Shown here piece after piece: positions 1 through 8,828 of a DNA stretch of 30,432 nt; within the stretch, counting starts at the first letter, position 1, and each line of letters starts with the position of its first letter. A program made the translations under genes and the position numbers. The notes below the pieces were generated by a model. It was not told the DNA's origin. It saw only the letters and a program-made list of their open reading frames with translations, and ran no database searches. Source of the stretch: a plasmid; sequence record NZ_CP034172.1. One strand, 5' to 3'.

Positions 1-1058
1 GTCGTTTTCTTTGCTAAATGACGATAGAAATTTGAAGCTCACACAAAACCGATAAGGCATTTTATAAAAATGATGTTCGGCTCGAAATTTATTTGCCCGA
101 AGGGTTTAGGAGTGTCTGAAAAAATTATTGGAACTTGTGGAGATAATTTTTTAGAAACCCAAATAAATTTTTTTGCGTGGGATTTGAATTTCTAATTTTG
201 CATTCAGAAAACAACCTACAGTTGTCGGATATTGGAAAAGTAGCAAGCGTTCTGCGTTTCCGTGAAAAGTTGGGAAAACCGATTAGGGAACTTCTCCGAA
301 AACAAAAAATTACCACACACTAAATTCAAATTCCATCGTGGGGGCTTCCCGATTTTTGCCGATCAAAAAAGGTTGGGAAAAAGAAAATTGCGGTTCTTCC
401 TTTTTTCCGAAAGAATCACATTTTTAGTAAAATTATCCTTTTGCGCAATGGGTGAAGTGTTTTCCGGTGGAAGCTTTGCTGTAACGGAAAATCACGGAAC
501 GGAAAATGTAGCGAAAGGTTTATTTTGCGTTAAGAAAATGGGATTATGAGTGAAAAATAAAATCAGAAATACTTGATAAACGGAATGTGCCATTTCTGGC
601 CAAATGGAGTGTTCAATGTTTTTCGATTTTCAAAGGACTGCAATTTTTGTTAGCGGTGGCTTTGGTCGGCTAAAAATTGGGAATGGCGGTGGCTCTCTGT
701 CGCATAATTTTTCCGGATCTGCTCCTGCAGACTTGTAAAAATTTTTTCTATGCGAACATAAAACTTATCCTGGGGGAGCTGCAGCTTCGTTTTATGCGAC
801 AAAATGAAAGGGAAAAAAATTGTGGTTCTTCCTTTTTTCCGAAAGAATCACATTTTTAGTAAAACAATCCTGTGTGAAACTAAAGGTTTGTTTTGCGTTA
901 AGAAAATGGGATTGTGAGTGAAAAACAAATCACGGTCTTTGCCAAAATTGGAATGAATCGGTCTGAAAGTTCCAAGAAATTAAATGAATTGGACTGCAAG
1001 TAGAGAGAAGGGAAATTTTGGCTATGTCCGGGATTGAAGAACCACAATTTTTTGGCGT
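1..1058. repeat. Right-hand portion of a ~1.24 kb non-coding direct repeat. Matches 19353-20412, and together with 30257-30432 it forms a second full copy that wraps across the window ends. GC-richer than the flanks and has internal ~40-45 bp duplications.
   Basis: Positions 1-1040 match 19353-20393 apart from homopolymer length differences (for example t6 vs t7 near 160/19512 and a3 vs a4 near 323/19673). No long ORF; the small ORFs listed in the track look spurious. Internal duplicates at ~379-425 and ~818-865 (ggttcttccttttttccgaaagaatcacatttttagtaaaa) and at ~508-545 and ~888-925 (ttttgcgttaagaaaatgggattRtgagtgaaaaa). Confidence 0.85.
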
Positions 1059-1067
1059 GGGAATGTG

Positions 1068-2153
1068 CTATTTACCCGACTTAGTTCTGTTATCTAGTTT
1101 GCAAAGCATTTGACAATTTTCTTCTTCGGTCTTTCCGCCATCTCTCCAAGGAACAATGTGGTCTGCTTCCATATCTGAAATATCAAAATGATTATTACAT
1201 ATTAAGCAGATTCCTTTTTGTTTATCATAAATTTTTTGTTTTACAGTATCAGAAAAAGCTCGAATTCCAAGAAATTTTTCATCTCGGGTTAAAATGTAAG
1301 GATAGATTCCGCTTTTTCTTTCTACATCATCATCAGCTATTAACATTGCTACTTCGTTTTCAATTTCATCTGTATTGTAAACTACATCTTTATATTTATT
1401 ATAAAGTTTACCCCATTCAACGCCTTTCATAAACTTTTTCCTTTTAGTGGTAAAAGTTCCGTCAACCCAAGTAATAACCTCTTGAAAATAACGCCACAAT
1501 GGGCTAGCGTTTTGGTCTTTTTGGTGCTTAGCCATATAAATATCAATATTCCCGTTGGAAATCCAATCTATGGCAGTTTCCAAGTATTCTTGACGAATGG
1601 CAGAACCTGTCAAATAATCGCTTCCAATCTGTGAAGCAACACAACCATTTTTACTAAAATATCTTTTTGCATCCGAAACCCACGAACCCGAATAAACAGC
1701 GTTTCTTAATTCCTGTTTTGTGAGTTGCTTTCCGGCAATATTGATGGTTTCAAACCATTTTAATTTTTCTTTTTCGGTTCCTTCACAAAAATAGACCATC
1801 AATTTATAATCTAAAATATGGTCTTGTTCTTCGTGTGTAAGGTTATGGAAATACTTAAAGAAGTGCGCAAAATCGCCTTCAACAAACTGGCAAATTGATA
1901 TGGTGCGTTGTTGTCCGTCTATGACCTCGTAAGTTCCATCATCACGAACTGCCCAATACATCACATTCAAAGGAAAATTACTGGTTACCGTATCAATAAC
2001 GGCTGTCCTATCTTTGTCGCCATAAATAAACTCACGTTGGTAGGGTGGGCGTATATCCAATTTGCCACCATATCCCTTTACTCCATCATCCCCATTATCC
2101 TCATAGCCCTCTGTAAGTTCTCTAATGGAAATCTCGTGTAATTCTATTTTCAT
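1068..2153 (-). CDS. DUF262 (ParB/Srx-like, DGQQR motif) plus C-terminal HNH endonuclease. Candidate restriction or defense nuclease (GmrSD/SspE-like architecture, but with a classical zinc-ribbon HNH).
   Basis: Intact 361-aa ORF. N-terminal 'VIDGQQRT' ParB-like nuclease/NTPase motif typical of DUF262. C-terminal 'CLIC…ADHIVPWRDGGKTEEENCQMLCKLDN' is an HNH/His-Me finger with CxxC…CxxC. Lies immediately downstream of a DNA methyltransferase gene. Confidence 0.75.
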   Translation of the reverse strand: MKIELHEISIRELTEGYEDNGDDGVKGYGGKLDIRPPYQREFIYGDKDRTAVIDTVTSNFPLNVMYWAVRDDGTYEVIDGQQRTISICQFVEGDFAHFFKYFHNLTHEEQDHILDYKLMVYFCEGTEKEKLKWFETINIAGKQLTKQELRNAVYSGSWVSDAKRYFSKNGCVASQIGSDYLTGSAIRQEYLETAIDWISNGNIDIYMAKHQKDQNASPLWRYFQEVITWVDGTFTTKRKKFMKGVEWGKLYNKYKDVVYNTDEIENEVAMLIADDDVERKSGIYPYILTRDEKFLGIRAFSDTVKQKIYDKQKGICLICNNHFDISDMEADHIVPWRDGGKTEEENCQMLCKLDNRTKSGK

Positions 2154-2226
2154 AGTCGTTTGTTTTTAATAAATAATCGCGCATAAATATTTTTACCATT
2201 CAATAATGGTCTTGCATCTTTTTCAC

Positions 2227-3100
2227 CTAAAAAGGTATTCCAACAATATCTGCATCATACCCTGCTGAAGCTGACAACCCTTTTATTTCAAATTGTTGCG
2301 GATTAAACTTATCTAAAAATGTAATAGGAACACCTATTACGCCTTCAAAATTAATTGGAATGTCAATTGTTTTTGATACTTCAATAGCATCATAATTATC
2401 ATACTTTGGATATTCATCATTAGAATATTTTTAAAAAGAATTAAATCTTCGTGTCTTTTTGCAATATCTAAATTAGTATACCAAAAAGACCGTGCGGTTT
2501 CATACAAAGTTCCATCTGGTTTTTTGAAATGCCTTGCGCAATTATAACCAAGCCACATCTTATTTGATTTGATTGCTTCGAATGTTTCTTTGTATGAAAT
2601 TGCATTAATATTTCCAATAATCAAAAACTTTTTATCATATTCCAATAATTGTCCGATATATTCTCGGAATAAGGAATATGGCGGGTTAGTAACTACTATA
2701 TCTGCCTGCTTTAAGAGTTCTATACACTCCTTGCTCCTAAAATCTCCATCGCCTTTCAGTTCCTTTATTCCTATTTCATCGGGATTAGGAATGTTATCGC
2801 CATTCTTATCCCCGGTATATTCCAAATAAATAGCACTTTCAGAATCGTTTTGAGAAAATAAATCTGCATTTTGATTTTTATAGCAGGTAGTAATTAGTTT
2901 TTTAAGCCCTAATTTTTCAAAATTATAGGAAAAGTAATGGAAAAAATTGCTGATTCTAGGGTCATCACAATTGCATAAAACAACCTTACCTTTAAAATGT
3001 TTTTTATAATTTTTCAGTTCATTTTCAATGTCTGATAGCTGTGTATAAAATTCATCGTTTTTTTTGGATTTTGCTTTATGTAAATTTTTTGAACCGCCAT
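2227..3100 (-). CDS. EcoRI-family (gamma-class) N6-adenine DNA methyltransferase. As given it is broken by two 1-nt homopolymer frameshifts; the ORF-track fragment 2337-2825 is its middle part.
   Basis: Translation with frames joined: MA(V)…KNLHKAKSKKNDEFYTQLSDIENELKNYKKHFKGKVVLCNCDDP…IVVTNPPYSLFREY…SFWYTNLDIAKRHEDLILFK/KYSNDEYPKYDNYDAIEVSKTIDIPINFEGVIGVPITFLDKFNPQQFEIKGLSASAGYDADIVGIPF*. It carries the NPPY catalytic motif and a DEFYTQ N-terminus like M.EcoRI. Frame breaks fall in t6 at 3085-3090 (ATG at 3098-3100 is out of frame with the body) and in the a5/t5 run near 2431-2440. Adding one base in each run restores a ~290-aa protein ending at TAG 2227-2229. Confidence 0.7.
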
Positions 3101-3155
3101 TAAATTTTTATTTAGTACAAAAGTATTAATAATTTATTTCGAATTCTAACTGCGT

Positions 3156-3300
3156 TAGTGATTGTAGCTATTGTTGGAAATCCTTTTTTATAGTCGGAAA
3201 AAACATTTTAAAAAAAGAAAGTCCGAAAAATAAATTTCAGACTGGAAAAAAAGATTGACTGCGAAAAGCACGACCGAAAGGGAACGCCCAAATTTATTAA
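3156..3300. repeat. ~145-bp 'tail' element. A second copy at 20422-20568 directly abuts the 1.24 kb repeat there. Contains the TAGTCGGAAAAAACATTT box.
   Basis: About 95% identical to 20422-20568 (gttagtgattgtagcKattgttggaaatcc…agtcggaaaaaacattt…gtccgaaaaataaatttcagactg…gattgactgcgaaaagcacgaccgaaagggaacgcccaa). In this copy the repeat and the tail are separated by the 2.1 kb nuclease+methyltransferase cassette. Confidence 0.8.
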
Positions 3301-3479
3301 GATTCCTCCTTATCTCTCAAATTAGGTTTATAAAAATTAAAATAATAAATAAATGCACCTACAATAAAGCTTCCGCCATAAAAAATACTCTTCACTATCA
3401 TTGGAAACTGCAAAAGCAAATCCAACAACATAAAAATAAATAACGCTACAAAAACTGCTATTACTACATTCTTATTCAT
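3297..3479 (-). CDS. Small membrane protein, hypothetical (two predicted TM helices).
   Basis: 60-aa ORF, hydrophobic (VVIAVFVALFIFMLLDLLL…FIVGAFIYYF). Weak support. Confidence 0.3.
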   Translation of the reverse strand: MNKNVVIAVFVALFIFMLLDLLLQFPMIVKSIFYGGSFIVGAFIYYFNFYKPNLRDKEES

Positions 3480-3489
3480 ACCTAAAAAT

Positions 3490-3705
3490 TTAATCCTTTA
3501 AAGATTCCTCTTTCTCATTAACCATATCCAAAAGCTTGTTCACATTTAACCCTTTTTTCCTCATATACATCAAATATCTAATCGCTTTCGTATTTTCAAA
3601 ATTATTTTCAATGTAATAAATACCTTTGGCGTTACAACCAATGAACTCTGTAATCTTTGGAATATTAACTTTAATATTAAATTCCTTTCTAATTTTTATT
3701 CCCAT
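3490..3705 (-). CDS. Hypothetical small basic protein.
   Basis: 71-aa ORF in a region with no overlapping competitor. No recognisable motif. Confidence 0.3.
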   Translation of the reverse strand: MGIKIRKEFNIKVNIPKITEFIGCNAKGIYYIENNFENTKAIRYLMYMRKKGLNVNKLLDMVNEKEESLKD

Positions 3706-3881
3706 TTTTCAGCTCCATAAAAATTTTATACATATCATCTAAAAATGTTCTAAAAACGCTACTCCCAAGTTTGAACATAATGCAAATTTTATTATTCAAA
3801 TATAAGTAAATTTTCATATATTTAACTTCTTATTCATTAAATATCTAACAACCAAACGATTGTAAAATAAATTTTAAAAAA

Positions 3882-4667
3882 ATGAAAAAAGGAATTTTTT
3901 TGTCTTTTTTTTTAACATTTCAACTGTTTTTATCGCAAAAAAACACGGTTGAACAAGAAAATGGAGAATACTTTATCAAGCAAGACGAAAAATTTATTAA
4001 AGGATTGAAGAGTATAAATTCGAGCAGTGAAGAATTTATTTCGGAACTCGATTTAAGCACTTATAAGAATCGTTTTGCCTATCTGAACTTCAACACCAAA
4101 TTAAGCATAGACTATAACGAGGTTACTTATTCTTATGTGAAAAAATTTCTTTCCTACCGTTGGTATCCGAAAATAATAGGTTTGTCCGTTTACTATTTTC
4201 CTCTTTTTGAAAGCAAATTGGATTACTACGGAATTCCAAGGGAATTAAAGTATTTGGCTGTAGTAGAAAGCGCACTCAATCCAAGGGCGGGAAGTTGGGT
4301 AGGGGCAAGCGGACTTTGGCAGTTTATGCCCGCAACAGGAAATCAATACGGATTAACAAAAAATCAATACATAAACACATTTTATGATCCAATGAGTAAT
4401 GCGGATGCAGGCGCAAGATACTTGAGGGATTTGTATAGAATGTATGGCGATTGGAACCTAGCGATTTCCGCATATAATTGCGGACCCGGGAACGTTAACA
4501 AAGCCATTAGGCGAGCAGGAAGTAAAAATTATTGGACTTTAAGACCCTATCTGCCTAAAGAAACGCAAGCTTATGTACCAAGTTTCATCGCTGTAAACTA
4601 TCTATTTAATTTTTACAAAGAACACAAAATGAAGCCTTCTTATTTCCGATATTCTTTTTCGATTTGA
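3882..4667 (+). CDS. Secreted lytic transglycosylase (SLT domain, VirB1-like T4SS peptidoglycan hydrolase).
   Basis: Signal peptide MKKGIFLSFFLTFQLFLSQ. SLT motifs 'AVVESALNP', 'GASGLWQFMPATG' and 'AYNCGPGNVNKAI'. Confidence 0.8.
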   Translation: MKKGIFLSFFLTFQLFLSQKNTVEQENGEYFIKQDEKFIKGLKSINSSSEEFISELDLSTYKNRFAYLNFNTKLSIDYNEVTYSYVKKFLSYRWYPKIIGLSVYYFPLFESKLDYYGIPRELKYLAVVESALNPRAGSWVGASGLWQFMPATGNQYGLTKNQYINTFYDPMSNADAGARYLRDLYRMYGDWNLAISAYNCGPGNVNKAIRRAGSKNYWTLRPYLPKETQAYVPSFIAVNYLFNFYKEHKMKPSYFRYSFSI

Positions 4668-4800
4668 AGCGCATAAAAATTAATCAGACAACGACATTTG
4701 CAAGTTTATCTAAAAAATTTGATTACAATATTTTAAAGTTTGCAAACCCACAATTTATGACGGAAACAATACCCGAAGGTTCAATTGTTTATGTTAAATA

Positions 4801-4836
4801 AAAAAAACCACTTCAAATTGAAGTGGTTTTTTTTAT
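4801..4836. terminator. Bidirectional rho-independent terminator between convergent genes.
   Basis: aaaaaaaa-CCACTTC-aaatt-GAAGTGG-tttttttt: perfect 7-bp stem flanked by an A-run and a T-run. Confidence 0.75.
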
Positions 4837-4849
4837 TTTAAAATTAATA

Positions 4850-6307
4850 TTAATTGGTACTTGCAGTAGGTGAAATGGTAACACTAACTATATCGCCAGT
4901 ATTTGCTGTTCCTGTAATTTTCATTGTTAGATTAGAAATTCCAAGGTTTGCTCCTGACAAGAAAGCAACTTGATCTCCAGTAGTTTGCCAAATGTCGTTG
5001 TTTTTCTCAAATATAGTTGCTCCGGGTGCCAGGTTCTCATTATATGTTCTAGTAACATGAACAGAAGAAGTAGATGTTGTTATATCGTAGTTTAATTCAT
5101 ATTTAACTGCTGTAATTGTGGCACTACCACCAGCAATTAATTTGAATTTTCTTGAAAAGTTTTGTTGATATACTCTCCATCCTCCGGTTGGACTTGGAAT
5201 CGAGAAATGAACATTTCCTTCTTGCGTAACAGCAGTATCGAAATATATTGGTGCGGTAACTTTAATTTCAAATGTTTTTACCTCACTTTGATTTCCAAAC
5301 TCATCTTTAACTTGAATATTGTAAACATATGTACCTGCTACTAATGCATTCACATTCATTAAAAAACCTCCGTTAGAACCTAGAGTATAATTTGTATAGG
5401 TATTGTTGGTATTCTGAATTCCATTTACGTTAGAATTTGAAGCAGAAGATATCCATGTTTTATACTGAATATTAGTATTAGGATTTACAGGAGATTGGTT
5501 GATTATTCCAGAAAAAGCCATTTGAGTATTAATAGCAATGTTAGTTGGACTATAATTCATACTTTCAATAGTGATTGTTCTAGGCAATATGTTTTGCTGT
5601 ATTTCATAGTCCTTAGTTATTGTATTGTTTTTAATTGAATAGTTTAATTTTCCTCCTCCTGCTACATTAGTTTGCAATGACGTAGTGAAATTATCAATGT
5701 TTACAATATTATACCACGTTCCTAAAGTAGCAGCTACACCGTTCAATTTAACTTGACCATCATAGGTATTGAATTTAATTTGATAACCTGTTGTAGGTTG
5801 TCCAGATCCCGGTACAATTTTCATTACATAAACTGTTTCCATCCCTTGATAAATCGGACCCGATCCGCCCACATTTGTGTGTGAAAAATCTGAAATAGAG
5901 TAAGGCAATGTAAAATCTTCCTCTTTAGATGCTCCTTTCTCATTTTTAACGGAAATTTTAAGTTCGTGATTTCCGGCTACATTTCCTATATATTCGAAAA
6001 TATTATCTTTCGTAGTAAAGGTGTATTCTTGATTTGCAACAAGAGTTTCGCCATTTAGTTTAAGAGTTCCATTTAAACTGGTAGTGAATTTAAATGAAGT
6101 AGCAATAGAAGCAAAATCATAACTTGGCTTTATGTTAAATTTGAGCTGGTTTGTTTCTCCAACTGCCTTTTCAATAAAAGTAGCGTCTCTTTCAATGGTA
6201 AATCCAAATTGACCTCCATTTTCATTTCCCCATTCGCCATCTTCACGGCAGGAATTTATCAGAAAAACTGATAAAAAAGAAATCATAATAAAAAATATTT
6301 TTTTCAT
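4850..6307 (-). CDS. Large surface lipoprotein with repeated beta-rich (Ig-like) segments, hypothetical. Last gene of the tra block.
   Basis: 485-aa ORF. Lipoprotein signal 'FLINSC'. Ser/Thr/Asn/Gly-rich beta-strand-like composition. No catalytic motif seen. Confidence 0.55.
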   Translation of the reverse strand: MKKIFFIMISFLSVFLINSCREDGEWGNENGGQFGFTIERDATFIEKAVGETNQLKFNIKPSYDFASIATSFKFTTSLNGTLKLNGETLVANQEYTFTTKDNIFEYIGNVAGNHELKISVKNEKGASKEEDFTLPYSISDFSHTNVGGSGPIYQGMETVYVMKIVPGSGQPTTGYQIKFNTYDGQVKLNGVAATLGTWYNIVNIDNFTTSLQTNVAGGGKLNYSIKNNTITKDYEIQQNILPRTITIESMNYSPTNIAINTQMAFSGIINQSPVNPNTNIQYKTWISSASNSNVNGIQNTNNTYTNYTLGSNGGFLMNVNALVAGTYVYNIQVKDEFGNQSEVKTFEIKVTAPIYFDTAVTQEGNVHFSIPSPTGGWRVYQQNFSRKFKLIAGGSATITAVKYELNYDITTSTSSVHVTRTYNENLAPGATIFEKNNDIWQTTGDQVAFLSGANLGISNLTMKITGTANTGDIVSVTISPTASTN

Positions 6308-6329
6308 AGTCGAAAATTATTAAGCGTTT

Positions 6330-6899
6330 TTAATTGATGTAATATTTTAGTCCTCCGAAAAATCCGTAATTGGATTTGGAAAATTTACTTTTCAAATCGT
6401 AATATTGGGTATAATCCAATAGTAACGACATATTTCTAAACAATACTATTTCTACTTCTGCGCTACCTGTGATTCCATAAGTGATACCGCTCACTTTAGC
6501 AGGAATCTCCGCATTATAGAGAGGGTCTCTTTGATTACCGTCATTTGCTTTTTCATAAGCTCCGTAACCTCCTAGCCAAACGTTCAAAAAAATTGGTGCA
6601 AGTCCTTCATAACTGTAACCTGCCTGTACGTTCAAACCGTATTTTTGATACGGCAAAATTTGATTATCCAAGTAGGAAACCTTGTAATCTTGATAAAATC
6701 CTTCTACCTTGCCTAAAAATCCTTTATCTCCCATTACTCGGGTATATCCTGCTTTTGCCATAAACCCACCTGTAAGGCTGTCTTTATCCATAATATAACC
6801 ATATTGGGCGTGTACTGCCGATTGGTCTTTTCTTCTACCTTGCGCATTTATTAGAACTGCAAAAAGTAACAATGTGGCAATTAAAATTTTTTCTTTCAT
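6330..6899 (-). CDS. traO: TraO-like conjugative transfer protein (predicted outer-membrane beta-barrel).
   Basis: 189 aa, signal peptide, alternating aromatic/Gly beta-strand pattern, C-terminal 'GGLKYYIN'. Sits directly after traN, as in Bacteroidetes tra operons. Confidence 0.5.
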   Translation of the reverse strand: MKEKILIATLLLFAVLINAQGRRKDQSAVHAQYGYIMDKDSLTGGFMAKAGYTRVMGDKGFLGKVEGFYQDYKVSYLDNQILPYQKYGLNVQAGYSYEGLAPIFLNVWLGGYGAYEKANDGNQRDPLYNAEIPAKVSGITYGITGSAEVEIVLFRNMSLLLDYTQYYDLKSKFSKSNYGFFGGLKYYIN

Positions 6900-6917
6900 T
6901 TTTCTATTTTTTTAATG

Positions 6918-7602
6918 TTATCTGATAGCATCAGCGTTGATGATATACTTTGGTTTGATTTCCAATGTTAGGGTTCTTTCACCGTCAATTTCATTCATAA
7001 TGAAAAGCATTGTTTTATTGTCTGAAATATTAAATTTATCGAAAACATAAACTAATTTTTTACTTGACTTTTTTGAGAAATTTTCGGGTTGATTAGACCA
7101 AATGGGAACAAATATTTTTTCCTCCGTTTCTAATTGTCTGCGACCTGTCTGAATTGGGCTTGTAATGAAGGAAACGCTTTCTACATCATAATTGATATTT
7201 GTTCTGTTTGCTATTTCCAAAAGGACAAATAGTTTTCCGTTTCCTACATAGACACCTTTTACAAATCCTTCAATTCCTCTCACTAAAGCAGAATTCCTGT
7301 TTTTAATCCAACCTCCTTTTTCAATACTCTTTCGGCTGTAATTTCGTAATCTTCCTTAACAACTTCTTGTGCTAATGGTTGTTGAACAACTTCTGCAACA
7401 ACTTCTTTTTTTCTTCAGCAATTGGTTTTACTTCTTCTAATTTTGATTCAGCTTCAACTACCGCAATGGGCTTTTTAACCGTTGTTTTTTTCTTTACGGT
7501 TGTTGATTTCTTGACTGGCTTTTTATAAGTTTTTTTCTTGGTTTGCTGTGCAAATCCTAAAAAACCGAAAAGTAAAAAAGCGAATAACAAATATTTTTTC
7601 AT
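6918..7602 (-). CDS. traN: TraN-like conjugative transfer protein. Split into three frames by two 1-nt homopolymer frameshifts (ORF-track pieces 7372-7602 and 6918-7283).
   Basis: Joined translation: MKKYLLFAFLLFGFLGFAQQ…PIAEEKK/EVVAEVVQQPLAQEVVKEDYEITAERVLKK/GGWIKNRNSALVRGIEGFVKGVYVGNGKLFVLLEIANRTNINYDVESVSF…DGERTLTLEIKPKYIINADAIR. The C-terminal half resembles the Bacteroides TraN (DUF4138) C-terminus. Frame breaks are at t7 7405-7411 and t5 7317-7321 on the plus strand. Confidence 0.6.
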
Positions 7603-7613
7603 ATCATTTACTT

Positions 7614-8684
7614 TTAATTATAGTTTACTATTATACACTCAATATTGGTTGATAACTTAATTTTGTTGTCGGCTGTTCTGCTACCGTTATTTCTTACCGC
7701 TCCACCAATAATACCACCAATAACAGGAATTCTATTTGCCTGTTCCGCTATTACATCTTTCCCCCTGTTCGTTGCTTCGCTCCCTATATCGCTCCCATTA
7801 GAACCACCACCTATTGGAAGCCCCGCCATTCCATCTGAACCAAATAAAGTCATTTGCACCGGAACAATTTTATTTTTCACTTTAATAGTGGAAAAATTAA
7901 CCATAAGACGGTTGTTTTCCTCTCTCGCAATTCCTGTAATTACCAAACCTTTAGGGGTTGTTTCTCCTGCAATTTTTGTTGATTCCAAAAGCACAAAAGA
8001 TAGACTTCTGCCGTTAGATGCGTAACCTTGAGAAAGCAATTTTGCCCTAATTTGTTTTCCCTGTGATAAACTCTGCGTTGTACTAGCAATAGAGTTTGAA
8101 TAAGACGGTTCTTGATAGGTTGGCGTTGGAATTTCTGTATATTCGGGTTCAGAACTTTTTCTGTTTTCTTTGGTTGTTTTAGGCACATTTTTATTAGTGT
8201 AGCCAACGGAATTATTCTTCGGTTCTTCACTCTGCCACATAGAATAATCGCCATAAGTGGAATGCTTGTTGTATGAACCGCCACCGGAACTACTTTGAGG
8301 AGAAGAATAGGCAGGCTGTTGATATTCTGTGTTCGGGGAACTTGAATAATTAGGTTCGTAATAAGTGGTTGGCTCTTGATAAACAGGTGCTGTTTCTTGA
8401 CTCTCCCCAAAAAGATCGTCCATTGCGAGGTTTAAGTCCGCACTATCCTTTTTCCCCAAATTATTTGCTTCTGTTCGGCTGTTATATTTTGCAACTTCTT
8501 TAGCATCGGGGTTGGAAAAATCGGAAACCTCTTTTTCTGTGGAAGTGCTGTTAAATGCAATAACAAGCGCAAACAGTCCAACACAAACCACACCTGCAAT
8601 TGCATAGACAATAATTTTTCTACGCTCTGCATTGCTTTTATTATTCCAAAATTCTCTAATCTTTTCCATTTTAATTGGTAACAC
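7614..8684 (-). CDS. traM: TraM-like conjugative transfer protein (N-terminal TM, low-complexity linker, C-terminal beta domain).
   Basis: 356 aa. TM helix 'IIVYAIAGVVCVGLFALVIAF', then a Ser/Tyr/Pro/Gln-rich linker, then a C-terminal domain. Position between traK and traN. Confidence 0.65.
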   Translation of the reverse strand: MLPIKMEKIREFWNNKSNAERRKIIVYAIAGVVCVGLFALVIAFNSTSTEKEVSDFSNPDAKEVAKYNSRTEANNLGKKDSADLNLAMDDLFGESQETAPVYQEPTTYYEPNYSSSPNTEYQQPAYSSPQSSSGGGSYNKHSTYGDYSMWQSEEPKNNSVGYTNKNVPKTTKENRKSSEPEYTEIPTPTYQEPSYSNSIASTTQSLSQGKQIRAKLLSQGYASNGRSLSFVLLESTKIAGETTPKGLVITGIAREENNRLMVNFSTIKVKNKIVPVQMTLFGSDGMAGLPIGGGSNGSDIGSEATNRGKDVIAEQANRIPVIGGIIGGAVRNNGSRTADNKIKLSTNIECIIVNYN

Positions 8685-8828
8685 TTGGTTTGTTGTTGAT
8701 TTTCAAACTATCCTGTAAAATAACCTGTTCTTCCGTCGGTGCTGTTACTTTGCTCAATTTTTCCGTAAAATTGGTAATCAGAAAGCCGAAAGGATTATAA
8801 GGGTAATTGATGTTGGTTTTTGCCATTC

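Noticed and set aside
125-859. Small ORFs inside the 1.24 kb repeat (125-316, 262-549, 677-859, with duplicates at 19390-19808 and 20030-20212) as protein-coding genes
   Set aside because: Overlapping, low-complexity translations with no motifs. Their lengths change between the two repeat copies only because of homopolymer differences. The region looks non-coding.
2227-3100. Methyltransferase as a genuinely inactivated pseudogene or phase-variable gene
   Set aside because: At least nine genes, including essential tra and par genes, carry the same type of one-base A/T-run deletion. A global technical artefact is the simpler explanation, though phase variation cannot be excluded without reads.
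7372-7602. 76-aa lysine-rich lipoprotein as a separate gene
   Set aside because: It reads through into the TraN frame once a single base is restored in the t7 run at 7405-7411, so it is the signal-peptide N-terminus of traN.
7940-8410. 156-aa and 126-aa ORFs overlapping traM (7940-8410 minus, 7645-8025 plus), and many other antisense or overlapping ORFs in the track (e.g. 1908-2141, 2569-2829, 5162-5344, 6545-6763, 9886-10146, 10828-11101, 12530-13003, 14306-14527, 15418-15660, 16322-16507, 20251-20622, 20585-20815, 21218-21463, 22811-23450, 23827-24018, 28396-28581, 28717-29110)
   Set aside because: All lie inside or antisense to longer ORFs with clear conserved domains, or in non-coding repeat DNA. 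Their translations are low-complexity and lack motifs.
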